Positions 1-7,889 are shown, counted from the first letter of the stretch. The stretch: 64,000 nucleotides of DNA from an uncultured virus (IMG/VR IMGVR_UViG_3300027659_000019) (IMGVR_UViG_3300027659_000019); one strand, 5' to 3'. Made by a program: numbers and translations. Notes: generated by a model from the letters alone, not told the origin.

Positions 1-99
1 CGCGTCGCTTTATCTGCAGAGCAGTTCCAAAGTCACATCTTCCCTGTGCAATATGCCAAAAGCATAGAAGAAGCGTGGGAAGATCCAAATTACCTATGA
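1..99 (+). CDS. Partial hypothetical protein (5' truncated) carrying an LSAEQF motif
   Basis: Frame 1 reads RVALSAEQFQSHIFPVQYAKSIEEAWEDPNYL*; its stop overlaps the next ATG (ATGA 96-99). Confidence 0.55.
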   Translation, partial: RVALSAEQFQSHIFPVQYAKSIEEAWEDPNYL

Positions 100-230
100 G
101 CGCTCCAACACCTAAGAAGGTTATCAAAGTACAAGAACTACGGCGTAGTAATGCTTCAGGTCCTATACCCTCTAAGAAAGTCTATGATCGCAAGAAAGTA
201 AAGAAGGTGAAAAATGAGCGCAGAGGATAA
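96..230 (+). CDS. Small basic protein, 44 aa
   Basis: MSAPTPKKVIKVQELRRSNASGPIPSKKVYDRKKVKKVKNERRG*, translated by hand; ATGA-coupled to the upstream ORF. Confidence 0.6.
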   Translation: MSAPTPKKVIKVQELRRSNASGPIPSKKVYDRKKVKKVKNERRG

Positions 231-636
231 TCTATCTCAAGAACTATTCTTTACTGCTCATCGCGGCATCGTTCATGAGAACCCAAAAGAGATAAATCAA
301 AAGTATAATGTGGGAATGCACTGGAGTGCTGACAGATCGATTGCAGAAGACTTTGCTGTAGATAACAACATGCCAGGAGTTACCAAGCCATATGTCTTCC
401 ATGCTGAAATACCTATCTCGTCAGTAGAAACAGATCCAGATGTTCTTGAGTATAAAAGTGTCGGCGGCGCGTTTAGCGGAGAAAAAGAAATCCCTGTCGG
501 AGAAGGCAAACCGATCCGAATAACTGGGCGCACCACGTTACGAAAAGATCCCAGCATTATTGGGGGTAAGAATCGTCATCGTTACCCAAAGTCACGCACA
601 CGCACGTACAAGCCGCCACGAGATGCAAAAGCATGA
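214..636 (+). CDS. Putative ADP-ribosyltransferase, R-S-E type
   Basis: TAHRG...MHWSAD...GEKEI match the R, S and ExE catalytic motifs in order; N-terminal MSAEDNLSQELF tag. Confidence 0.6.
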   Translation: MSAEDNLSQELFFTAHRGIVHENPKEINQKYNVGMHWSADRSIAEDFAVDNNMPGVTKPYVFHAEIPISSVETDPDVLEYKSVGGAFSGEKEIPVGEGKPIRITGRTTLRKDPSIIGGKNRHRYPKSRTRTYKPPRDAKA

Positions 637-660
637 GCATTTCACACCAAAGAAGCGCAA

Positions 661-1032
661 ATGAATTTAAATCCACAGCAGTTTAAGTTCATCGCTAAGC
701 CTCTAGACAACGAGACTACTAGTCATCAGTTACATGACAAGACTGGCAATGTTGTCGCATACGCTGACATCCATCATCCAGAGGGAGATGAAGCCGTCTA
801 TGTAAACTGGCTTAAGAGTCACGAAGAGGGCAAGGGACACGCTCAAAATGTTATGAAGCACGTGTATGATTCATACCCTGACAAGGACATCCATTGGCAA
901 AACCGTATAGGACCTGCCTCAGAGCATCTCTACGAGAAGTTTGGTGCAAGCGATGAGCACGGTGATCGCACTGCAGGTGATGCCGATAATGGCGAATGGG
1001 ATGAAAACGGCAACTTTAGGGAAGGGTTCTAA
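661..1032 (+). CDS. GNAT-like acetyltransferase
   Basis: VYVNWLKSHEEGKGHAQNVMKHV resembles GNAT motif A; N-terminus MNLNPQQF. Confidence 0.55.
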   Translation: MNLNPQQFKFIAKPLDNETTSHQLHDKTGNVVAYADIHHPEGDEAVYVNWLKSHEEGKGHAQNVMKHVYDSYPDKDIHWQNRIGPASEHLYEKFGASDEHGDRTAGDADNGEWDENGNFREGF

Positions 1033-1370
1033 TGGCTGCAGAAGATAACTTGTCTAAACCACTCTTCCATGGAACAACAGAGAACATCAAAGTTGGAGAT
1101 GTCATCAAGCCTACACCTCAAGTAATCAGTGGGCTCACAGAGGCGTATGCAACACAGAACTATAATGAAGCGTACAACTATGCAGGCGCTCGTGCATTAA
1201 ACCGCAATGCCCTCTTTGGCTCTGTCTACGAGGTAGAGCCATTAGAAAAAGACACGACTATTAAAAAGAAGAAGTCATTACTAGGCGATCAACGACAAAA
1301 ACCTGTACGCACATCTGAACAAGGGTTTCGTGTAAAGCGTCATGTTGGATGGGCAAAGTCACACGCATGA
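1032..1370 (+). CDS. Arr-like (rifampin ADP-ribosyltransferase fold) ART
   Basis: LFHGT...GDVIKP...AYAT...VYEVEP...RTSEQGFRV..VGW follows the Arr family motif order. Confidence 0.6.
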   Translation: MAAEDNLSKPLFHGTTENIKVGDVIKPTPQVISGLTEAYATQNYNEAYNYAGARALNRNALFGSVYEVEPLEKDTTIKKKKSLLGDQRQKPVRTSEQGFRVKRHVGWAKSHA

Positions 1371-1762
1371 AGCAGACACCTAGAGAACCAGATCACGATC
1401 CTAAAGAGCCGAGAAATCTGTCGGGCGTTCAGTTTCGGTTCATTCACGCTGGTGCGGCTAAACAGCACCCTAGGATTCATACTATGTACGCTAATGACGC
1501 AAATGGTCGTTACATAGGTCACTTGGACTGGAACAAGCGAAGTGGTCAGATTGACAACATCAACGTGATCGGTCGCATGCAAGGTCTTGGTGTTGCAACC
1601 TCTCTGTATGAGAAGGCAACTAAACTTGCATCTGACACTGGGATCAAGTCGCCACAACACTCAACCTTTAGAACTGACAAGGGCGATGCCTGGGCGCACA
1701 AGGTAGGTGGCAACGTCCCGCCTCGTAAGGCAGAGCCAGAAGACGAAGAAGAACAAGCATGA
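1367..1762 (+). CDS. GNAT-family acetyltransferase
   Basis: IDNINVIGRMQGLGVATSLYEKA (QGxGxA acetyl-CoA motif) and HSTFRTDKGDAWA; start placed at the ATGA overlap at 1367. Confidence 0.7.
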   Translation: MKQTPREPDHDPKEPRNLSGVQFRFIHAGAAKQHPRIHTMYANDANGRYIGHLDWNKRSGQIDNINVIGRMQGLGVATSLYEKATKLASDTGIKSPQHSTFRTDKGDAWAHKVGGNVPPRKAEPEDEEEQA

Positions 1763-1989
1763 GCGCTGAAGACAACCTTTCTAAACCACAGTTTGAAGCA
1801 TTGCACGTTGTTGCACAAGAGATTCAACCAGGTGACTACTTAGACAGCAGACGCAAAATCCGTGTACACGCCGCACGTATGATTGGTGAAAACTTTACTG
1901 TGGCACACAAACTACGAGGCTCTAAAGCCCCTGGTATCACTGACTACAAGCCAGATCAAAAAGTTAGGGTGTGGAGAAAAAAATCGTAA
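1759..1989 (+). CDS. Small hypothetical protein with MSAEDNLSKPQF N-terminus
   Basis: ORF track; ATGA coupling; beta-rich, SH3-like pattern (AQEIQPGD...). Confidence 0.7.
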   Translation: MSAEDNLSKPQFEALHVVAQEIQPGDYLDSRRKIRVHAARMIGENFTVAHKLRGSKAPGITDYKPDQKVRVWRKKS

Positions 1990-2010
1990 CCAGTGTGTTA
2001 CGCTTTTTGC

Positions 2011-2391
2011 ATGGTTCCTCGTAAAGATCTAGACACTGAAGAAGGACGTCAAAAGGCTCGTAATGATCAGAAGAAACATTACAATCGCCACAAACCTTTT
2101 TACTTAGCACGGAACAAAGTTAAAAAGAACCATATACGTGACTTCTTACAAAAGTACAAAGAATTTCATGGGTGTATGGACTGTAAGACCAAGTTCCCCT
2201 ACTACGTCCTAGACCTAGACCATCGTGACCCTCACCAGAAACGTTTTGCGCCCAATCGCCTCGCCCTTAACCTTTCTTGGGATCAAGTCACTGAAGAGAT
2301 TGCTAAGTGCGATGTTGTGTGCGCTAACTGCCATAGGATAAGGTCGTACCTTAAAGGGCACCATAATCACAGAAATGTCGTTACTGAATGA
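2011..2391 (+). CDS. HNH endonuclease
   Basis: CMDC...LDLDHRDP...CDVVCANCHRIRS; probable leaderless ATG at 2011 behind TGtTACGCT. Confidence 0.8.
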   Translation: MVPRKDLDTEEGRQKARNDQKKHYNRHKPFYLARNKVKKNHIRDFLQKYKEFHGCMDCKTKFPYYVLDLDHRDPHQKRFAPNRLALNLSWDQVTEEIAKCDVVCANCHRIRSYLKGHHNHRNVVTE

Positions 2392-2567
2392 AAGAATTAA
2401 ACGCGTATTGCGTAATTTGCAAAGAAACAAAAACAACCTCGGCGTTTCAGTTAAGGACCACTGATTCAGGTCGTGGGATGGCATTTGGACAGTGCCCTTC
2501 ATGTGGGGGTAACATTCAACGTCTATTGGCACCACTAAACCACTATGTACGAGGAGCATCAGAATGA
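2388..2567 (+). CDS. Small zinc-ribbon protein (DUF5679-like), 59 aa
   Basis: AYCVICKE...SGRGMAFGQCPSCGGNIQRLL, translated by hand; ATGA overlaps on both sides. Confidence 0.65.
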   Translation: MKELNAYCVICKETKTTSAFQLRTTDSGRGMAFGQCPSCGGNIQRLLAPLNHYVRGASE

Positions 2568-2704
2568 GGTATTTTAAAAAAGGTTGGATAAAAGGCGGCG
2601 TATCTGATAGTTGGGGTTTTGCATTAGAGGTCTATCCTAAAGAGCCAGCATTAACTATTACTTTTATACATTGGTGGTTTATTATTGAGAAAGACTACTC
2701 ATGA
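2564..2704 (+). CDS. Small hypothetical protein, 46 aa
   Basis: MRYFKKGWIKGGVSDSWGFALEVYPKEPALTITFIHWWFIIEKDYS*; fills the gap with ATGA overlaps. Confidence 0.55.
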   Translation: MRYFKKGWIKGGVSDSWGFALEVYPKEPALTITFIHWWFIIEKDYS

Positions 2705-3195
2705 GTCACATCGTTAACTTATCTAAAGAAGAAGTTCGTGCATGTGCTGATATTGCATTGAACAGATGGATGATAAAGTTTGGAAGCGTAGATCGCCCCA
2801 ACTACACCAACAAAGCCATTCTTGAGCCAGAGATCGCTGCAAACGTACGAACTATTGTGGCTGAGTACGCTGTAGCCAAGTTGTACAAGAAATCGTTTAC
2901 TTTTCCTTTTTACACCAACGAAGAGCACTACTACCGAAAAGATATTGCTGAAGTAAGTACAAACATTGAAGTAAAGTCAATTCGCACAAAAGATGAGATC
3001 CCAGTCTTTCCCAAGGACATTCGTGACGGATGGCTCCTCGTGGGCGCACGAGTGCTTGATCGTGATTATTACTCAGAGGTAGAAGTGTTTGGCTGGATGC
3101 GTATGGAAGATTGTCAACGTGAAGAGTGGAAATACGCACCAGAAGGATCTTGGCGTATTCCTCTTGACCAGTTTAACCAGTCTATGTTGGATTAG
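2701..3195 (+). CDS. Hypothetical protein (possible PD-(D/E)xK-like nuclease)
   Basis: AEYAVA...DI...NIEVKS pattern. Confidence 0.55.
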   Translation: MSHIVNLSKEEVRACADIALNRWMIKFGSVDRPNYTNKAILEPEIAANVRTIVAEYAVAKLYKKSFTFPFYTNEEHYYRKDIAEVSTNIEVKSIRTKDEIPVFPKDIRDGWLLVGARVLDRDYYSEVEVFGWMRMEDCQREEWKYAPEGSWRIPLDQFNQSMLD

Positions 3196-3243
3196 GCAAA
3201 CTTTTTCTTTTACTGTGAAAAATGACTACTTGACTGGAATACT

Positions 3244-3627
3244 GTGTCTGTGAGTAAAAACGAAGAGTTTCAACAGGGACATAGCCCTATATGCCCAGAA
3301 TTAGGATGCAACGATCCTGCAGATAGTCACATTCACTTTTCACAACAAGACATAGACAGTTTTAGGGGATGGGCGCAGGCTGGTGCGATGGCTGGTGCGA
3401 TGGATCATCACCTGCGCACCGCACCAACAAATGTAGATGACCACGCAGCACTCCAGGCGCACATGCTCTCATCTGGGCACTACGCTCACCACCTAGATGT
3501 GCAGGATATGACTCACAAAGAGTTGCAGGCTCATCACGAAGAAGACCACGCAATTATGGATGCAGGTCCTGCAGATGAGCGTGAAAATTACACAAACCTT
3601 GGAAACGAACACATGCACAATGAGTGA
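3244..3627 (+). CDS. His-rich hypothetical protein
   Basis: ORF track; many His residues; CPELGC; AATACT 6 nt upstream of the GTG. Confidence 0.65.
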   Translation: MSVSKNEEFQQGHSPICPELGCNDPADSHIHFSQQDIDSFRGWAQAGAMAGAMDHHLRTAPTNVDDHAALQAHMLSSGHYAHHLDVQDMTHKELQAHHEEDHAIMDAGPADERENYTNLGNEHMHNE

Positions 3628-3715
3628 CTCAACTAGATGTATTAAATGTGATCATTGTCTTGAAATGGGAGTATGTAACGTTGACACTTGCAAGTGTATC
3701 TGTGAGTCAAAGTGA
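3620..3715 (+). CDS. Cys-rich micro-protein, 31 aa
   Basis: MSDSTRCIKCDHCLEMGVCNVDTCKCICESK*; overlaps both neighbours (GTGA with the next gene). Confidence 0.5.
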   Translation: MSDSTRCIKCDHCLEMGVCNVDTCKCICESK

Positions 3716-3972
3716 CAGATAATTTAAATCCAGATCAATTTGATAAAACACCAAGGAAACGTTGGGTTCCAGATCAAACTGGACATTCAATCCCTTGGCA
3801 TATTCTTAAGTGGCACATAAAGCGCGGTTCAAAAGGTGGAAAAGGTCAAAGTGGCCCAAGTAAGTACGATGACGAGGCATGGCATAAAATCCACATGCAA
3901 GCGCACGCGGATGGTGAATTTGAAGTAGATCACGAACACGAACACTTCACTCCAAAAAAGAAGGGGATGTAA
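3712..3972 (+). CDS. His-rich hypothetical protein with MTDNLNPDQF N-terminus
   Basis: ORF track; ends DHEHEHFTPKKKGM. Confidence 0.7.
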   Translation: MTDNLNPDQFDKTPRKRWVPDQTGHSIPWHILKWHIKRGSKGGKGQSGPSKYDDEAWHKIHMQAHADGEFEVDHEHEHFTPKKKGM

Positions 3973-3973
3973 C

Positions 3974-4717
3974 ATGACAGAAAAAGGAACAGCAGCAGCA
4001 ATTATTGAGATTGCTAAAAAAGAAGTTGGGACTATTGAAGGTCCAAAAGATAACGAAACAAAGTACGGCGCTTTTACAAAGGCTAACTACCTCGCATGGT
4101 GCGGAAGTTATGTAATGTGGTGTGCTGCACAAGCGGGCGTCAAAATCCCTAACACTGTATCTACAGTGGCAGGCGCAACAGCCTTTAAAAAAATGGGTAC
4201 TTGGTTTGATGCTGATTGTGGTCAATCACCACAACCAGGAGATATTCTGTATTTTGATTTTCCAGGAGATGGCGTCAACCGAATTTCTCACGTAGGTATC
4301 TGCACAGGTATTGAGGCTGACGGTGTTGTTTCAACTTTAGAAGGCAACACTAGCGGGAAGAAAAGAGGAGACCAGAGAAACGGCGGGGAGGTGTGCGCTC
4401 AGACTCGTGCGTACAAGCCAAACAAGAAGAAGGTTCTTGTCTCAATTGTTGGTTGGGGACGTCCTAACTACAAGGGTAATGAAGTAACCGCTAAGGTACC
4501 TGTTACAAAAGCCCCAAAGTTTCCAGGACAGATCAAACCAGGCGCACAGGGTGAAGCGGTCAAGATTGTTCAAGAGGCCCTAGGATTGGCTACAGACGGC
4601 GACTACGGCCCAGCCACAAAGAAGGCAGTTGTGGCATTTCAGGACAATCACGACGTAGTGGACTCAAACGGCATCATTGGCCCTAAAACATGGGCAGAAC
4701 TGGTCAAACTCCTCTAA
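3974..4717 (+). CDS. Endolysin: CHAP amidase/peptidase plus peptidoglycan-binding domain
   Basis: AWCGSYV (Cys), ISHVGI (His), TLEGNT; C-terminal VKIVQEALG..DGDYGPATKKAV..FQ..GIIGPKTW (PG_binding_1). Confidence 0.9.
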   Translation: MTEKGTAAAIIEIAKKEVGTIEGPKDNETKYGAFTKANYLAWCGSYVMWCAAQAGVKIPNTVSTVAGATAFKKMGTWFDADCGQSPQPGDILYFDFPGDGVNRISHVGICTGIEADGVVSTLEGNTSGKKRGDQRNGGEVCAQTRAYKPNKKKVLVSIVGWGRPNYKGNEVTAKVPVTKAPKFPGQIKPGAQGEAVKIVQEALGLATDGDYGPATKKAVVAFQDNHDVVDSNGIIGPKTWAELVKLL

Positions 4718-4734
4718 ACGGACATTTCTGACTT

Positions 4735-4777
4735 AAGACCCCCCAGGTTGCCCTAATGGTATCCTTGGGGGGTTCTT
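4735..4777 (+). terminator. Stem-loop after the endolysin gene
   Basis: AAGACCCCCCAGG...CCTTGGGGGGTTCTT imperfect inverted repeat. Confidence 0.55.
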
Positions 4778-4793
4778 TACTTAAGGGGTGGAT

Positions 4794-5342
4794 ATGACAA
4801 CGATTGTAGCGGTGCAATACGAAGACAAAGTTGTTTTTGCTGCAGATAATCAGGTAACTGGTGATGATGGCCGCATTTACCGCCATCCTAGAATGGAAAA
4901 GATTACAGAACGCAACGGTTACTTAATTGCTGGCTCTGGAGAAGTTGCGCCATGCGATATTGCACAACACATATGGAATCCGCCAAAACCAACTGTAAAA
5001 GATATGCAGGATGTTTATCACTTTATGATTGTTAAAGTAATGCCTTCTTTAAGAAAATGCCTTATAGACAATGGTTATGACTTTGCAGAGGGCAAAGGCG
5101 ATGGAAAAGTTGATGGTAATCGGTTTAATTTTCTTGTAGCGGTGGGTGGCGAGGTATTTGATGTTGCCGATGATTGCTCTCTCTGTATGAGTGATGATGG
5201 GATCTACGGAGTAGGTTCTGGTTCTTCTTATGCTATTGGGGCTCTTCATGCAGGTGCTAAGCCGTTAAAGGCTCTAGCCGTTGCTGAGAAATTAGATATG
5301 AACACTTCAGGGCCGTTTTTAGTCAAAGAGCAATATAAGTAA
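4794..5342 (+). CDS. HslV/proteasome-beta-like Ntn-hydrolase (Thr protease)
   Basis: N-terminal MTTIVAV, AADNQVT, IAGSG, GVGSGSSYAIGAL, DMNTSGP. Confidence 0.8.
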   Translation: MTTIVAVQYEDKVVFAADNQVTGDDGRIYRHPRMEKITERNGYLIAGSGEVAPCDIAQHIWNPPKPTVKDMQDVYHFMIVKVMPSLRKCLIDNGYDFAEGKGDGKVDGNRFNFLVAVGGEVFDVADDCSLCMSDDGIYGVGSGSSYAIGALHAGAKPLKALAVAEKLDMNTSGPFLVKEQYK

Positions 5343-5347
5343 CTCTT

Positions 5348-5363
5348 TGTGATGCGAATCACA
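5348..5363. promoter_or_regulatory. CRP/GlxR-type binding site
   Basis: TGTGA-TGCGAA-TCACA is an exact TGTGA-N6-TCACA match in an intergenic region. Confidence 0.6.
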
Positions 5364-5466
5364 TCACTTATGAGTTAGATTAGTCACACAACTTCATAAG
5401 TGGCTCCTGGGTAAGAGCACGCAAAAACTACCTGTCCAATCTCCAGTGGCGTGATAGGGTGTAGAC

Positions 5467-5739
5467 ATGTCAAAGACACAAGATAAAAGACGCAAAAACA
5501 AAATTGATCATGCTGAGTTTCTTTGGGAAGAAGCGCAGATGAAAGCCGCTGCCATGCAGCAGATGCTTGATATTGCTGTTGGCGAGTTTGAAACGCACCA
5601 ATCAGAGTTAGACCCTGAAATTGTGGCAAAAATCCAAGAACAGATTGCTATTCGTAAAGAAGACATCAAGACTTACCTGATGAGCGAAAAAGACAAGTTT
5701 CTTGAACGAGTCCGAGTTGACGTCGACAAAACCCAGTAA
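5467..5739 (+). CDS. Hypothetical helical protein
   Basis: ORF track, 90 aa. Confidence 0.7.
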   Translation: MSKTQDKRRKNKIDHAEFLWEEAQMKAAAMQQMLDIAVGEFETHQSELDPEIVAKIQEQIAIRKEDIKTYLMSEKDKFLERVRVDVDKTQ

Positions 5740-5757
5740 CTAACCGATAATGAGGTT

Positions 5758-7335
5758 ATGCCTCTAGGAAAACAGTTTCAAAACACATTCCACACAGACG
5801 AACGTGGAAACATAATTTTTCATACTGACGCTGCTGATATCCCTGACCAAACACCAGATGAACACGGTGCTGTAAACGCTGCTAAGGAACTTCATCCACA
5901 TCAACCTGTGACAAGCGAAAAACCTCATCAAGGAGTTTCTTATCAAGGAATGCTTTTTTCCCCGCACGCATTTACTGGGTTAAAAACTGATCCTACAATT
6001 TCTGAAGAACAACGTCGCAGTACGATTCAAACGGCTTTGCATCTTGGAGCCGACGAATACTCAAAGAATATTAAAGGAGAGTTCCCAGCGCGAGAGACTG
6101 CTCGTGTAGAGCAAAGTCGTATGGCAATTACAGATGCAGCACACGAAACTGCTATTCCTACACATATGTTTAAAGAAAATATTAATGTTAAAGCAGTTGC
6201 ATCAACAAAACTTGGCAGTGCAACAGGTGGAGATTTTAGCGCTATGAGGAACAGGATTCGCACCCGTGTACGTGCAGACAGTGAAAAAGTTGGTGAAGAA
6301 ACCTACATGGACCAAAGGTACGAACGTGGTGAAGGATTTTTGTCTAATCCTACACATGAAAAAGATAATGAAAAAATTTCTTATGCATTAGGTGCTACTG
6401 GAACCCTGCATACTTCACTAGGAAAAATTCCTTCTGAGCATCTTTTTCCTGGTAGAGGTGAAGACACCGACGAGTACTCAACGCACAACATAAAGGTCCA
6501 CGTCGGTTACACCGACAAGGGACGTAGAAAATCAGCAATAGTTCATGCACGACGTCCAAAAGTTGCTGTCGGTGAACCAGTCGAAAGAACTCGCCCTATT
6601 TACCAAGATAAAATGGTTTCTTCTCAAGACACCATTGCTCACGAAATTGGGCACTCTATGGATACAACGTTAAGAATTGGGGCATTACGTAATCTAAATG
6701 GTGCTGACACTGTTCATGAGGCAATAGCCGATGGAGTATCAGATCGTTTTGTAAGACATGGGCACGATTACGAAAGAGCACTAGAACCCTCTCCTGAGCG
6801 TGCGAGAGAGATTAAAAACGAGGGCTATGGATTTGGCAGTAAAGATGTAGCAGGAACAGACATTAAAAAAGCCTTGTACGCAGCAGTCCGTACCCACGTT
6901 GCTATGGGGGACAAAAACTTTCAAGATATTTTAGATCGTAAGGCTCTGTACAAACAGGCTCCGTTGCCTACAGAACGCCGACAAAGTGCTAATATAAGTT
7001 GGGATAGAGAGGCTTCACACGAGGAGCAAACGCATCACGCTAATCATTTACTTTTAGGCCACCTGTACACCACCCACTCTCACGTGCGTGAATCACTTTC
7101 AAACCTTGGTCTTGCTCACATTGGGGAAAATGCTGCCAATCATTACAGAACTCACATTACTGATGCGGGAAATGTTCCTTTGCCAGGGTTTGAGCACCAC
7201 GGTTACGCAGACGCACCTGCGCGAAGTGAGTGGGCAAAAAATAATGAAAAAATCATGGCAGCACTTGAGGCCAGTGCATCAGAAATCCTGCCAGTGCGTC
7301 AGAGATCGCAACCCACGGAGCCTAAACTCAGGTAA
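5758..7335 (+). CDS. Zincin-like metallopeptidase domain protein
   Basis: TIAHEIGHSMD (HExxH) followed by HEAIAD (third Glu ligand); N-terminus MPLGKQF. Confidence 0.65.
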   Translation: MPLGKQFQNTFHTDERGNIIFHTDAADIPDQTPDEHGAVNAAKELHPHQPVTSEKPHQGVSYQGMLFSPHAFTGLKTDPTISEEQRRSTIQTALHLGADEYSKNIKGEFPARETARVEQSRMAITDAAHETAIPTHMFKENINVKAVASTKLGSATGGDFSAMRNRIRTRVRADSEKVGEETYMDQRYERGEGFLSNPTHEKDNEKISYALGATGTLHTSLGKIPSEHLFPGRGEDTDEYSTHNIKVHVGYTDKGRRKSAIVHARRPKVAVGEPVERTRPIYQDKMVSSQDTIAHEIGHSMDTTLRIGALRNLNGADTVHEAIADGVSDRFVRHGHDYERALEPSPERAREIKNEGYGFGSKDVAGTDIKKALYAAVRTHVAMGDKNFQDILDRKALYKQAPLPTERRQSANISWDREASHEEQTHHANHLLLGHLYTTHSHVRESLSNLGLAHIGENAANHYRTHITDAGNVPLPGFEHHGYADAPARSEWAKNNEKIMAALEASASEILPVRQRSQPTEPKLR

Positions 7336-7380
7336 ACTGGTACTACATTGAGGTGGGCTTTACACAGCCGAGGGGTTGAC

Positions 7381-7716
7381 ATGAAAAGTATAAACAATGT
7401 TCTTATGCGTATTGTTGCAGTTTTTGCAGCAAGCGGTCTTGGAGTAATTGGTGCTGGCGCAATTGCGGGTATCTCGGTTGCAAAAGCAATGTTAGTAGCA
7501 GGAATGACTGCCGTAGCAGCAGTAGTTGAGAAGTTGGCTCGTGCATTTATGGACGACGGAAAACTTACACTTGACGAAATTAACGCAGCATTCTCAGCAG
7601 TTGATACAAAGGCTAAGACAGTTGCTGACGTTGCAGTAGAAGAGCGTCGTGCAGCAGATAAGTCTGCAGCATCAAAGTCAGCGGCTGTCTCAAACGACGA
7701 TCCAGACTACAACTAA
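7381..7716 (+). CDS. Holin-like membrane protein
   Basis: Two hydrophobic segments, then DDGKLTLDEIN; GAGGGG RBS upstream of ATG 7381. Confidence 0.55.
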   Translation: MKSINNVLMRIVAVFAASGLGVIGAGAIAGISVAKAMLVAGMTAVAAVVEKLARAFMDDGKLTLDEINAAFSAVDTKAKTVADVAVEERRAADKSAASKSAAVSNDDPDYN

Positions 7717-7889
7717 TTTCCAGTTGAATAAAACCCTCCGCCTTTAAATTGAAGGCCAAAGGGTGAGAACACACGCTGAAGAGCGAAGCCACATGTATCG
7801 CAGACGTAATTAGGTTCTGCATCATGAATGCTTCGCTCTTTGTCGTATTTAGTGTCACATTCAGGACAAGCATATTCGTATTTAGGCAT
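7713..7889 (-). CDS. FmdB-family zinc-ribbon protein
   Basis: MPKYEYACPEC...CDTCG..LQRVFS..GLQFKGGGFYST; GGAGG RBS on the minus strand. Confidence 0.85.
   Translation of the reverse strand: MPKYEYACPECDTKYDKERSIHDAEPNYVCDTCGFALQRVFSPFGLQFKGGGFYSTGN

Noticed and set aside
1032..1370. Calling this a rifampin-resistance arr gene
   Set aside because: Only fold-level motifs match and the substrate loop is not evident
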